This document shows positions 48,956-61,927 of a stretch of 64,000 nt of DNA, piece after piece. Within the stretch, counting starts at the first letter, position 1. Each line of letters starts with the position of its first letter. Location of the stretch: contig CAUYUJ010000019.1 of the NCBI GenBank assembly GCA_963575745.1, positions 1 through 64,000 on the forward strand. The letters are read 5' to 3'. A model generated the notes under the pieces. The model made no database searches and was not told the DNA's origin. It saw only the letters and a program-made list of their open reading frames with translations. Both the position numbers and the translations under genes were made by a program. The stretch is from Prorocentrum cordatum. Taxonomy: Eukaryota.

Positions 48956-51900
48956 TACGGTGACTCGTAGAGCTTCCCCAGGCTAGTTGCTGGAATCTCA
49001 AGAGTAATTCCGGCGCGCTGGCGAGCTAGTTGGCTCGAAAAAAAAGAACTGAACTTTTCAGACCTTTTGGTCGGTTGAACATTTTGTTCTCGAAATTCGA
49101 ACATTCGTTAGAGCTTTAGTACTTTTTCCCGTGATATTCGATCTTATTTCCGCTCGCCATCTTGATCTCAGTTCGATCGGGTATCTTTTACTGCGAAAAA
49201 GCACACTGGCGGGATCGGCCGTTTCGAGTCATCTTGATACGCGTTGTCGGTAATATGTACTTAACTCGAGCTGTAGGGCAGCTACAGTGCTGGTAAGCAC
49301 ACCTATCGCACTGAGAATCATTAGCCGCATTCGCCTGTTGAATCCATAGGTCTGAACTCGATCTGCTAGGCCGAGCTAGGTCCGCAAACCTATTCGTATT
49401 ATTCGAGTCAACTTATTACGCGTTGTCGGTATTTTCTAATTAACTCGAGCTGTAGGGCAGCTATAGTGCTGGTAAGCACACCTATCGCACTTAGAATCAT
49501 CAGGCGCGTTCGCTCGTTGAATCCATAGGTCTGAACTCGGTCTGCTAGCCGAGCTAGGCCTTGATACGCGTGGTGGGTATTTGTACTTAATTCGAGCTGC
49601 AGGGCAGCTACAGAGCTGGTAAGCACGTCCATCGCATTGAGAATCATCAGGCGCGTTCGCCTCTTGACTTCAGAGGTCTGAACTCGGTCTGCTAGCCGAG
49701 CTAGATGCGCAAATCTGCTCGTATTATTCGAGGCATCTTGACAAACGTTCTCGGTTTTCTGTAGTTAACTCGAGCTCTAGGGCAGCTACAGAGCCTATAG
49801 TCACAGAAATCGATTGGAATTATCGGGCGTGTGTGTCTGTTGTATCGAGAGCTCTGAACTTGGCCTGCTGCCCGAGCTAGGTTCGCGAAACTATTCGTAT
49901 TGTCCGAATCACCGTGAAAAGTGCTCTCAATTTTCTGCACTTAACTCGTGCTGGGGAGGGCTACAGTGCTGCGGGTCATAGAAATCGATTTGCACACATC
50001 AGCGTTCGTCGGTCGATTCGAGAGCTCAGAACTTGGTCTGCTGCTCGAAAGAGGTCCGCGAAACTATTGTATTATTCGAGTTATCCTGAGATATGCTGTC
50101 GGTTTTCTGCACTTAACTCGGGTTGTAGGGGGGCTGCAGGGCTGGAAATTACATGAGTCGATTCGCAGACATCCGCCTGTCGCATTGAGAGGTCTGAACT
50201 CGGTCTGATACTCGAACTGGGTTGCGAAACTGTTTGTTTTTTTGTTAGAGTGATCTTGAGAGGTCTGAAATCGCTTGGGCTGAAAACTAATCGTTCTCTG
50301 GATTTTTTCCCACACACTATACTGTCAGAAAGCTCTACGAGTCCCCCTAACAAAGGTTGACGGTTTACCGCCGGCGCCCAGTCTATAATAATACGAATGC
50401 GTTCGGCTGTTGCATCCGAGAGGCGAAATTGCTTGGGCTGAAAAACTTTTTTTTCTGTTTAATTTTTTTCGACATAATTCGTAGAGCTTCCCTCAGCAAG
50501 TAGTTGCTGGAAGCTAAGAGTAATTCCGGCGCGCTGGAGAGCTAGTTCGCTCGAAAAAAAAGAACTGAACTTTTCACAACTTTTGGTCGGTTGAAAATTA
50601 TGTTCTCAAAATTTGAGAGCTCTAGTATTTTTTCCCGTGATATTCGATCTTATTCCCGCTCGCCATCTTGATCTCAGCTCGATCGGGTACCTTTTACTGC
50701 CAAAAAGCACACTGGCGGGATCGGCCGTTTCGAGTCATCTTGATACGCGTTGTCGGTATTTTGTACTTAACTCGAGCTGTAGGACAGCTACAGCGCTGGT
50801 AAGCACAGCTATCGCACTCAGAATGATCAGGCGCGGTCGCCTCTTGAATCCATAGGTCGGTCTGCTAGCCGAGCTAGGTCCGCAAACCTATTCGTATTAT
50901 TCGAGTCAACTTGATACGCGTTGTCGGTATTTTCTACTTAACTCGAGCTGTAGGGCAGCTACAGTGCTGGTAAGCACACCTATCGCACTCAGAATCATCA
51001 GGCGCGTTCGCCTGTTGAATCCACAGGTCTGAACTCGGTCTGCTAGCCGAGCTAGGTCCGCAAACCTATTCGTATTATTCGAATCAACTTGATACGCGTT
51101 GTCGGTATTTTCTACTTAACTCGAGCTGTAGGGCAGCTACAGTGTTGTAAGCACACCTATCGCACTCAGAATGATCAGGCGCATTATTCTGTTGAATCCA
51201 TAGGTCTGAACTCGGTCTGCTAGCCGAGCTAGCTCCGCAAACCTATTCGTATTATTCGAGTCAACTTGATACGTGTGGTGGGTATTTTTCACTTATTCGA
51301 GCTGCAGGGCAGCTACGGTGCTGGCAAGCACACCTATCGCACTCAGAATCATCAGGCGCGTTCGCCTCTTGACTCTAGAAGTCTGAACTCGGTCTGCTAG
51401 CCGAGCTAGGTCCGCAAATCTATTCGTATTATTCGAGTCATCTTGAGAAACGCTCTCGGTATTTTCTGTACTTAACTCGAGCTGTAGGCAGCTACAGAGC
51501 CTACAGTCACAGAAATCGATTGAGAATTATCGGGCGCGTTTTCAATTTTCTGCACTCGTGCTGGGGGAGGGCTACAGTGCTGCGGGTCATAGAAATCGAT
51601 TTGCACACATCAGGCGCGTTCGTTGGTCGATTCGAGAGCTCAGAACCTGCTCTGCTGCTCGGAACAGGTCTGCGAAACTATTATATTATTCGAGTCATCC
51701 TGAGAGATGCTGTCGGTGTTCTGCACTTAACTCAAGCTGTAGGGGCTGCAGGGCTGGTAATCACATGAGTCGATTCGCAGACATCAGACGCCTGTCGCAT
51801 TGAGAGGTCTGAACTCGGTCTGATCAGACGCGTCCGCTTGTCGCATTCAGAGGCCAAAAAATATTCACTATGAGTCAGAATGTTGGTTGGTGCTCTCGGT

Positions 51901-53323
51901 TTTCTCAACTTAAGTCGAGCTTGGAAGCTCTACGAGTTCCCCGGCGGTAACCAAGGTTGACGGTTTACCGCCAGCGCCCAGTTATATGTTGTCAGGAAGC
52001 TCTACGAGTCCCCCGGCGGTAACAAAGGTTGACAGTTTACCGCCGGCGCCCAGTTAGCAAGGAAAATCTCCACGGACCTTTTGGTGAGTTAGAGCTCTAG
52101 TATTTTCCCGTGATATTCGATCTAATTTCCGCTCGCCGTCTTGATCTCAGCTCGATCGGGTACCTTTTACTAGCCAAAAGCACACGGGCGGGATCCGCTG
52201 TTTCGAGTCATCTTGATACGTGCTGTCGGTTTTCTCAAGATTACTCGAGTTTTAGGACAGCCACAGAGCTGGTGGGCCCAACTAATCGATTCAGAATGAT
52301 CAGGCGCGTTCGTCCGATGAACCCAGAGGTCTGAACTCGGTTTGCTAGCCGAGCTAGATCCGCAAACCTATTCGTATTATTCGAGTCATCTTGACAGACG
52401 CTCTCGGTTTTCTGTATTAACTCGAGCTACAGGACAGCTACAGAGCTAATACGTACAGAATCTGATTCAGAATCATCAGTGGCCGTTGTCTGTTGAATCC
52501 AGAACTCGGTCTGCTGCCCGATCTAGAATCGCGAAACTATTCGTATTGTTCGAGTCATCTAGAGAGATGCTGTCGGTTCTCTGCACTTAACTCGGGCTGT
52601 GGGGGGGCTGCATGGCTGGTAATCACTGGAATCGATTCGAAGACATCAGGCGGTCTCGCCTTTCGAATCCAGAGCTCCAAACTCTGTCTGCTGGCGAAAC
52701 TATTCGTATTGTTCGAGTCATCCTGAGAGGTACTGTCGGTTTCCTGCACTTAATTCGGGCTGTAGGATGGCTACATAGCTGCTTATCACAGGAATCGATT
52801 GCGAGACATTAGACGCGTCCGCCTGTCGCATTCAGAGGTCTGAACTCGGTCTGATACTCGAGCTAGGTTTGCCAAACTATTCGTATTGTTCGAGTCATCT
52901 TGAGAGGTGCCGTCGATCTACGCACGTAACTCGGGCTGTAGGAGAGCTACGGAGCTCGTACAGAAGACAATCCAGAAGCATCGGTGGCGTTCGGCTGTTG
53001 CATCCGAGAGGTCTGAAATTGCTTGGGCTGAAAAACTATGTTTTCTGTGTAATTTTTTCGAAATTATATGTTGTCAGGAAGCTCTACGAGTCCCCCGGCG
53101 GGCCACTTCGGCGACTTCGGCTGCCTGCACTTGTTTGCGGCATTTGTTTGCTTCCCGAGGCAAGCAGGCCGCCTGCACTTGTTTGCGGCGTCAGGGAGTC
53201 ACACGTTTGTCGCCTAGAGTGATATTGCACTGCCTTTCATTTGACACGTTTGATCGCCTTGAGTGGTCTTCAATTGATTTGTTTTGCTGGGTGCTTCCGA
53301 GGCAGTCTCTGCAATCTTTCGCT

Positions 53324-54513
53324 ATGCCACACGTACGGGGTGCGAGTGCTCGCATTATGCGTCGGGCGCTGGCTGTTCAAAACGGATACTGTGTGCATTC
53401 ACCTGTTCGTTTGCCTCTGGAAGGTTTGGTGCCACCTACGTGTCTCCCACCACCAGGGCTGGAACGGACGACTGCCGATTTGGTTCTAGATTATCTCTTG
53501 TTGCGCGATCCACCTGTTGTTAGATACAGTTTGGAGGAGGAGGAGGCTGCCATTACGACCGTTTCGGGGAATCTTTCTTGCCGTATGCTTCAAGCCAAAT
53601 ATCCATGTGCCCCTTCGGCAAATGCTGGAGTGCTGGCTGCTGATTCCGTGTTTGATGTTGGATTGCAGACTCGGTATAATCATTTGGAGGTGGAGCAAGC
53701 TGCCGTTGCGACACTCTCGGACAATTTTTCTTGCAGTTTGATGCGGGAGGAGGTTGGTCAGGGATTCGGAGGCGATCAGTTCTCTCAGATGATGGTGGTT
53801 TGCCCACGGGTCTCTTCGGTAGATATTGGAGTGCAGGCTTCTTCTAGTATGGATGTTGCGGACTCTCATTGTGAAGTCGGCTGTCAGACAGAGAGTGTCG
53901 TTGGGATGGAGGGAGGAGCTTCCGGAGTTCTTCTTGGGAAAGTGACCGTGGCGGCGGAGGAGGAGCTGGAGGCGCCCTCGAGTGCGGAGTCTTCTCCGAA
54001 CGTGCAGTCTGATTCCGATAGCCGCGCCTTGTCAGGTGCGTCCCAGGGGTGTCTGAATCGTCCCGTCACACGCTCGTCGTGGCATCGAACCCTGGCTGCA
54101 AGAACGAGGAGGAGGAGAATGTTCATATTGAAGCTGTTGCTCAGATGGAGCAGGAGGAGGTGGCTCAGGAGGATTTTCGCCTGTACCTGGAGAAGGCGCT
54201 AAATCTTCGTATCAGAAAATACAGATTTGTACGGACGACTGCTACGGACGACGTCGTGTCAACGGTGCACGTGCCAGATTTCCTTTCTGAATTTCGAGCC
54301 TGCGATGAGGACGAACGGGACTGTTGGATTTGGGATGCGTTCCAAACCTTCAGGGATCACGATTCAATCGAAGCCGTCTTACATGACCTTCAGCAGGTTA
54401 TGGACAGTGCTGCCCAGCCGTCTGCTCTTGTGAAAGAGGCGAAACACCTCTATGACAACTTTATGGAATTATGTGAATTGCAGAGCAGCGGAGAGCTTGA
54501 TGGAATTATTTGA
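53324..54513 (+). pseudogene. Unknown protein-coding-like cargo (two overlapping frames, 53324-54202 and 54049-54513)
   Basis: Long ORFs with an internal duplicated peptide (LEEEEAAITTVSGNLSC / LEVEQAAVATLSDNFSC) and an acidic tail. No recognised domain. Confidence 0.35.
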
Positions 54514-54756
54514 ATTGACTACGCATGCTTCTGTTGTGTTTGTCCCTTCCTCTCCCCCGCTGTTTCTGCCCCTGGGCTCGCTTTGGCTCCTTGGGCTTCC
54601 CTGCTCCCCGCTTGCTCTCCCTTTGGCTCCCCGCTGGCTGGACTCATCAGAGCTACAGGCCGTGCTGTTCGTGTTGCTATCAGTTCATGTATCAGTGTTC
54701 TGACTTCATATATTTACGACAACAGAGACATTGTATCAGACGTATCCGTGGAGGAT

Positions 54757-55128
54757 CGTGGGAGGCCAGAGGTGGCCAAACTATTACTCGCTGGTTTGCA
54801 TATGATAAGTTCCTCAGTACTCGTAAGACTGCTCTCCGTGGTGCATTCGATGGAGGTGTCAGTAATGAAGGATGTGGAGGTGGGTGGTGGCTTCAGATTG
54901 GCGTTGTAGGTAGGGGTTCCAGCGTGCAGGTTGATTTTCCCATCTCCTCCTCCTCCTCCTCCTCCTTCCTCCTGCACCAGCTCGCACAGCTTCCATTGGC
55001 ACGATGTGGCCGAGGAGGCGATGAGCTTGCCTCCTGGTAGCACAGTAACCTGCTGTGAACTAACTGCCTGCGCTGCCCTGACGAGAGCTGCTGCTAAGGT
55101 GGCGTGCGCTCTGCTGCGACCTACCTAA
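54757..55128 (+). pseudogene. Frameshifted remnant of the LINE RNase H C-terminal segment
   Basis: WEARGG..ALRGAFDGG..GCGGGWWLQIG and WHDVAEEA..GSTVTCCELTAC align with HEARCG..AIRGGFDGG..GSGCGFWLQIG and WRDVAEAA..GATVTECELSAA. Confidence 0.85.
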
Positions 55129-55204
55129 GATGGTGGGGGGCTCAGTTGCACTGCTCCGCCGATTCGGATTCGGATTCTAGTGGCGGACCGCAAACCGCAA
55201 AAAA

Positions 55205-58200
55205 AAGAAAGGTTAACAGTTTACCGCCGGCGCCCAATTTTAGATTAGAAGCTGGACGGTGGTGTTGCCCGCCAGCAGGACATCTCCGCCGGTCCAGGAT
55301 CCCCGCAGCGACTTGTAAAACGTCGCAGCGGGCCCGGGAGAGCTTCCGGCAAGCGTCCAAGCGTGCCTGCACGCGTGCAGGCACGCGTGGAAACGTTCCT
55401 GGCAGCACTTCAGAGGCGCTGCACGGGACCCCCCCCGAACTCCGGAAGCGCTTAACGGGAGCAGCGGACGGCCCGCCAGGCAAGTGTTCCGTGCATTCTC
55501 TTTTCTTTCTGGCTGTTTCCGAGCTGGATCCGCGAAACTGTTCGTATTCTATTTCGTAGAGATTCCCTTAGCAAGTACCTCGTAGAGCTCTTTGGCATCG
55601 ATGGGCTAGAGGAATTCCGGCGCGGGGTGGAGCTAGTTGGCCGACCCGGCCCCGACGGACAAAGTGACAACTTTTTGGTGGTTTTCCGAATATTTGAAGG
55701 ATATTTGCTTATTTATTTTCAGTTTTTCGCACCTGTAGACGACTATGAGGGACTCCGCGTCTTAATATGAGCTCTCTAGATGTACTTTTACTATCAAAAC
55801 ACTTGGCGGAACCAACTTTATGTCGACCTGAAAAAAATTATGTTTTCTCTTTTTCAATAAATGCTTCCAGAAGCCCTCTCTTTTGATGCTCAGCACTCTT
55901 ACGCGTGCTAGGAGCTCTACGAGGTTCCCGGCGGTGACCAGGTTGACGGTTCACCGCCGGCGCCAGCTGTTGCTGGAAACCTACGAGTAATTCCGGGGCG
56001 CTGGAGAGCTAGTACCTCGTAGAGCTCTTCGGCATCGATGAACTAGAGGAATTCCGGCGTAGGGTGGAGCTAGTTGGCCGACCCGGCGCAGACAGACAAT
56101 GTGACAACTTTTGGGTGGTTTCGAAAATTTGAAAGATGTTTGACCATATCTTTCGCACCTGTGGACGATTCTGAGGGCCTCTGCGTCTCAATATGAGCTC
56201 TATAGGTGCACGTTTACCGATCGAAGCACTTGTCGAAACCAATTTCATCTTGACATTAAAAAATCATGTTCCTCTTTTTCGAGAAATGCTTCCAGAAGCC
56301 CTCTCTTTTGATGCTGAGCGCTGACTTTTGGTCGAAATTATGTTCTCGAAATTCAACTATTTGTTAGAGCTCTGGTAATTTTTCTGACCATATGTGATCT
56401 TATTCCTGCTCGCCCTCTTAATCTCAGCTCGATCGGGTAACTATTTCCGCGAAAAAGCATCGCGGCGGGATCGGCAGTGTCGAGTCATCTTGATACGCGT
56501 TGTCGGTATTTTGTATTTAATTCGAGCTGTAGGGCAGCTACAGAGCTCATCCTCACAGACATCGATTGCGAATCATCAGACGCGTTCGTCTGTTCCATCT
56601 GGAGGTCTGAACTCGGTCTGCTGCCTGAGCTAGGTTCGCGACACTATTCGTGTTTTTGAAGTCATCTTGAGAGGTGCTGACAGTTTTCTGCACTTGACTC
56701 GGGCTGTAGGGGGGCTACAGGGCTCGCCGAATTCAGAGCTTGGAACTCGGTGTGCTGCCCGAGCTAGGTTCGCAAACTATTTGTATTCGTCGAGTCATCT
56801 TGAGAGGTGCTGTCCGTTTTCTGCACTCAACTCGAGCTGTGAGGGGGCTGCAGGGCTTGTAATCACAAGAATCGATTCTAAGACATCAGGCGCGTCCGCC
56901 TATTGTATTCAGATGTTTGATTTCGGTCTGATATTCGAGCTAGATTCGCGAAATTATTTGTGTTGTCCGAGTGATCTTGAGAGGTGCTGTCGATTTTCGC
57001 ACGTAACTCGGGCTGTAGAAGAGCTACGGAGCTCGTGCGCACAGGAAACGATCCAGAAGCATGAGGGGCGTTTGTTGGATCGAGAGGTCTGAAATCGTTT
57101 AGGCTGAAAAACTATTCGTTCTCTGCAATTTTTTTTCGACATTATATATGCTCAGAAAGCTCTACGAGTCCCCCGGTGGTAAGAAAGGTTGACGGTTTAC
57201 CGCCGGCGCCCAGTTCGAGTAATCTTGAGAGATGCTGTCGGTTTTCTGCACTTAAGTCGGCTGTAGGGTGGCTGCAGGGCTGGTTATCACAGGAATCGAT
57301 TCGGAGACATCAGACGCGTCTGCCTGTTACATTCAAAGGTCTGAACTCGGTTTGATACTCGAGCTAGATTAGCGAAACTATTCGTATTGACGATTGACGC
57401 ACGTCACTCGGGCTGCAGAGCTACAGAACTCGTGCGCACAGAAAACGATCGAGAAGCATCAGGGGCGTTCGGCTGTTCCATCGACGTCTGAAATCGCTTA
57501 GCCTGAAGCACTATTCGTTCTCTGCATTTTTCCGACATTTTATATGGTCAGGAAGCTCTACGAGTCCCCCGGCGGTAAGAAAGGTTGACGGTCTAGCGCC
57601 GGCGCCCAGTTTGAACATACCTCATAGAGCTCTTCGTTATCGATGAGCTAGAGGAATTCCGGCGCGGGGCGGAGCTAGTTGGTCGATCCGGCCAGAAAAG
57701 AAGATGTGATAACTTTGGCTTGGTGTTCCTAAGATTTGAAAGATATTCGACAATTCATTTTGAGAAAGCAGATTTTTCGCACCTGTAGAGGACTATCAGG
57801 GCCTCTGCGTCTCAACATGAGCTGTGTAGGCACACTTTTACTATTTAAACACGTGGCGAAAACAACTTCACGTTGACATGAAAAATATTAATATTGATTT
57901 TCTCCAGAAGCTCTCCGCTTCGATCCTGAGCTTTCTTGCGTGTGCAAGGAGCTCTACGAGGTTTCCGGCGGTGACCAGGTTGACGGTCCACCGCCGGCGC
58001 CAGTATTGCCAGGCGTCTCGCAGCAAATTTTGAAAATGAGGGCTCCGAGCGAGGAGGCGGAGTTGCGATGGAGCTGTCAGGCGACTCCGTGCTGATACCA
58101 ACTGGATGAGGAAAAGATGGAATTGCAATAAGAATATATACCGATCGCAGGTGGGGGAGGTTATTGATCTGTTAGACGATGCCTGTCGAAATTTTAAGCT

Positions 58201-61200
58201 GCAGGGCCCAGCCACAGGATATGACCTGTGGCGTCATCACTATCGTGAAGGCAAGGACGTGCCGACCGACTGACTGCCTCATCCGCCAACGGACGGGTAA
58301 ACGTGTGCAGGCAATCACTAACTTCCCCAGATTGCTCACTGATGTACTCACCGTCTAGCCACCATCCTCCCCCAGCACCTGCACTGCTGTCGTACGCACC
58401 ACGGATTGCGATCAATGTTTCAGTATTGCCGCGTTTGCCAGTTAAATTCTCAGGTCCGTAGCTGCAATATTATTATCAAAAGACTTGAGGGAACCATCGG
58501 CCGTTCCGAGTCATCTTGACACACGTTGATGGTTTCCTGTGCTTCTCTGCAGTTTAGAAGAGCTACAGAGCTGATGCTTACAGAAACCAATTCAGATGTC
58601 TGTTCCATCGAGAGGTCTGAACTCAGTCTGCTACTCGAGCTAGATCCGCGAAGCTATTCGTAATATACGAGTGATCTTGACAGGTGCTGGGTTTCCCTTA
58701 ACTGATTTATGGTACGCAGATAAACCGATCCAGTATCTCCAGGCGCGTTTTTCCCCCGCATCCGGTGGTCTGAACTCGGTCTGGCACTCGAGCTAGGTGC
58801 AGGAAGCGAAGATGCAAATGAAAGAAAACTATGTTTCGAGCTCGAGAACAGTGCTCTACGAGGCTCCCGGCGGTTACTCTTTTTTTTCTTCTTCTTCTTC
58901 TTCTCATCTTTTTGCAAAATTTGACAGTTCTTTTTTGAGAACCGGTATTTTTCCCACCTGTAGTGGGCTATGCCGCCTCTGCCAGTTAAGTTCTCAGGTC
59001 TGTAGCTGCAATATTACTACCAAAAGACCTTGGAGGGAACCGTCGGACGTTTCGAGTCATGTTGACACACGTTGACGGTTTTCTGTAGTTAACTCGAGAT
59101 TTAGGACAGCTACAGAGCTGAAACTTACAGAAATCGATTTAGAATCAGGCGCGTTCGTCTGTTCCCTCGAGAGCTCTGAACTCGGTCTGCTACTCAAGCT
59201 AGATCCGCGAAACTATTCGTATTATACGAGTGATCTTGAGAGGTGCTGTCGGCTTCCCTTAACTGAAGATTTAGAAGAGCCACAGAGCCGGTACGCATAT
59301 GAACCGATCCAGTATGACCCGGCGCGTTCTTTTCTCGCGTCAAGAGGTCTGAACTCGTTCTGGCACTCGCGCTAGGTCCACGAAACGAAGATGCAAAATG
59401 AAAGAAAAAGTATTATCCGAGCATTTTTCTTCACACTTGAGAAAGCTTTTTCCGTCTGCTCCGAGAAGCGCCGCGCGAGAAAGAGCTCTACGAGGCTTCC
59501 GGCGGTTACCTGGTTGACCGCCGGATCCCAGTTCGGGCGCAGGGTGGAGCTAGTTGGCCGACCCGACCTTAAGAGACAATGTGGTGGCTTGGGGTCGGTT
59601 TTTCCTATCTTTGTGTGAACTTTGAAAGTTCGTTTTAAGAACAGGTATTTTTCCCACCTGTAGTGGGTTCTGCCGCGTCTGCCAGTAAAAATCTCAGGTC
59701 CATAGACGCAATATTACTATCAAAACATTTGAGGGAACCGACTCTGTTTCGAGTCATCCTGACACGCAACTCGAGATTTAGGAGAGCTACAGAGCTGATG
59801 CTTACAGAAACCGATTAAGAATCATCAGGCGCGTTCGTCTGTTGCGTCCAGAGGTCTGAATTCGGTCTGCTAGTCGATCTAGGTCCGCAAAACTATTCGT
59901 ATTCTTCGAGTGAGTCCGACAAGTGCTGCCGGTTTTCTGTACTTAACTCACGATTTAGAGGAGCTACAGAGCTGCTACGCACATACACTGATTCAGTATC
60001 ACCAGGCGCGTTTGTCTGTTGCATCGAGAAGTCTGAACTCGGTCTGCTACTCGAGCTAGGCGACACTATTCGTATTTTTCAAGTTCTCTTTACGGGCGCT
60101 CTCGGTATTATGTACTTAACTCGAGCTGTAGGTGCTAGCGAGCTCGTGCGCACAGAAACCTATTCAGAATCACCGGGGGCGTTCGGCTGAAGCATCTAGA
60201 GCTGAACAGAGTCTGCTACTCGAGCTAGGTCCGCAAATCTTTCGTATGCGACCGAGTTGTTTCGAACTGATGGTGTAATTTTTCACTTAACTCGAGCTGC
60301 AGATGAGCTTGAGAGCTCTCCCGCACAGAAATCAGAAGAACAAATATATTCTCATGTGTGTCTGCCAGTCCAATTCTCAGGTCCGCATATGCAATGTTAC
60401 TATCACGGGAACCGACGCTGGATGAAAACGGGAAAAACGTTTTTTTTCGAGCTTTTTTCTTCGCGATTGAGAATGCTTTTCCCGTGTGTTCCGAGCAGCG
60501 CCGCGCGAGAAAAGAGCTCTACGAGGGTCCCGGCGGTTACCTGGTTGACGGTTTACCGCCGGATCCCAGTTGGTAGAACCGACCTTAAGAGACAATGTGG
60601 TAACTTGGGGTCGGTTTTTCTATCTTTTTGCAAAATTTGAAAGTTCGTTTTAAGAACTGGTCTTTTTCCCACCTGTAGTGGATTATGCCGCGTCTGCCAG
60701 TTAAATTCTCAGTTCCGTAGCTGCAATATTACCATCAAAAGACTTGAGGGAACCGTCGGCCGTTTCGAGTCATCTTGACACGCGTTGACGGTTTTCTGTA
60801 TTTTAATCGAGATTTAGGACAGCTACAGAGCTGATACGTACAGAAATCGATTTAGAATCATCAGACGCGTTCGTTTGTTCCATCGAGAGGTTTGAAATCG
60901 GTCTATTCCTCGAGCTACGAAGGTGCTCATTTAAAAAACGTATTTTTCGAGCTTTTTTCTTCACGCTTGAGAAAGTTTTTTTCGTGTGCTCCGAGCAGCG
61001 CCGCGCGAGAACAGAGCTCTACGAGGCTCCCGCGGTTACCTGGTTGACGGTTTACCGCCAGATCCCAGTCTCAAGCCCTCTAGCTCCCAGAGAGCTCTTC
61101 GGGAATTTGGGAAGAGATCATCATGCGCGCCATTCGAAAGTATCTGGACACCCGCGCTCAGTCTGCTATTAGCGCTAGGGCCGAATACCGATTTGCGCTC

Positions 61201-61827
61201 TGCTACTTAACTCGTAGAGCTTCCCTTAGCTAGTTGCTGGAAGCTTAAGAGTAGTTCCGGGGCGCTGGAGAGCTACTTGGCAAGAAAAATCTGGACGAAC
61301 CTTTTGGTGACTTTTGGTCGGTTGAAAATTTTGTTCTCGAAATTCAACCATTCGTTAGAGCTCTAGTTTTTTTCCCATGATATTAGATCTTATCCCCGCT
61401 CGCCATCGTGATCTCAGGTCGATCGGGTAGATATTATTGCGAAAAAGCATCCCGGCGGGATCGGCTGTTTCGAGTCATCTTGACACGCGTTAATTGTTTT
61501 TTGTACGTAACTCGAGCTTGAGGACAGCTACAGAGCTGATGCGTACAGAAACCGTTTCACAATCATCAGGCGCGTTCGTCTGCTGCATCCAAAGGTCTGA
61601 ACTCGGTCTGCTGCCCGAGCTAGGTCCGCGAAACTATTCGTATTGTTCGAGTCATCTTGACAGGTGCTGTTTGTTTTCTGTACTTAACTCGGGCTGTAGG
61701 GTGGCTACAGGGCTGGCAATTACAGAAACCGATTCGGAGACATCAGGCGCGTCCGCCTGTTGCAAGCAGAGGTCTGAAATCGGTTTGCTACTCGAGCTAG
61801 CTCCGCAAAACTATTCGTATCGCTCGG
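55205..61827 (+). mobile_element. More diverged part of the Helentron-like cluster (families A, B and tandem C copies)
   Basis: B copies 55576-55966 and 57618-58003. C 3' ends near 58878, 59531, 60569 and 61068. More substitutions in termini and monomers. Confidence 0.7.
58011..58420. pseudogene. Rearranged LINE RNase H fragment (two halves in opposite orientation) flanked by a 10-bp direct repeat
   Basis: Plus strand: ELSGDSVLI..W...WNC..LWRHHYREG..RADRLT (frameshifted). Minus strand: IAIRGAYDSSAGAGGGWWL..LADEA. CAGTATTGCC at 58001-58010 and 58421-58430. Confidence 0.75.
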
Positions 61828-61927
61828 TGATGAAATATGCCTGCGTGCCGCGTGTATGCGTAGACATTCCTTGACTATCCGTGGGCCCTGTTGGGCTCAA
61901 GTGCGATGCGAGCATAAAAGCTTGTCA
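61828..61927 (+). repeat. Putative 5' LTR (100 bp)
   Basis: Begins TGATG, ends TTGTCA, immediately followed by the PBS. The 3' LTR is not in the window, so this is unconfirmed. Confidence 0.65.

Larger units (their letters stand above)
38629..53101 (+). mobile_element. Continuation of the nested Helentron-like element cluster (families A and B)
   Basis: Same termini and monomers. A ends at 39763, 45045, 46275, 47291, 48451, 50381, 51981, 52053. B ends include 40054, 43188, 43970, 48738. Confidence 0.8.
53102..55204 (+). mobile_element. Non-autonomous LINE derivative inserted in the 3' hairpin of a family A element
   Basis: Host CCCCCGGCGG^...^AAGAAAGGTT is split. Shares the 5' UTR motif AGGCAAGC(T)AGGCCGCCTGC with the full LINE. 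The 3' part is homologous to the LINE RNase H end and finishes in an A-tail. Confidence 0.75.

Noticed and set aside
53102..53112. GCCACTTCGGC as a spliced-leader relic at the 5' end of the second insert
   Set aside because: Only a partial match to GCCATTTTGGC, and it lacks TCAAG. Too weak.
475..61068. CRISPR-like or integron-like array of conserved hairpins
   Set aside because: The intervening ~1-kb segments are homologous to each other rather than unique spacers or cassettes. No cas or integrase gene is present, and nesting explains the pattern.
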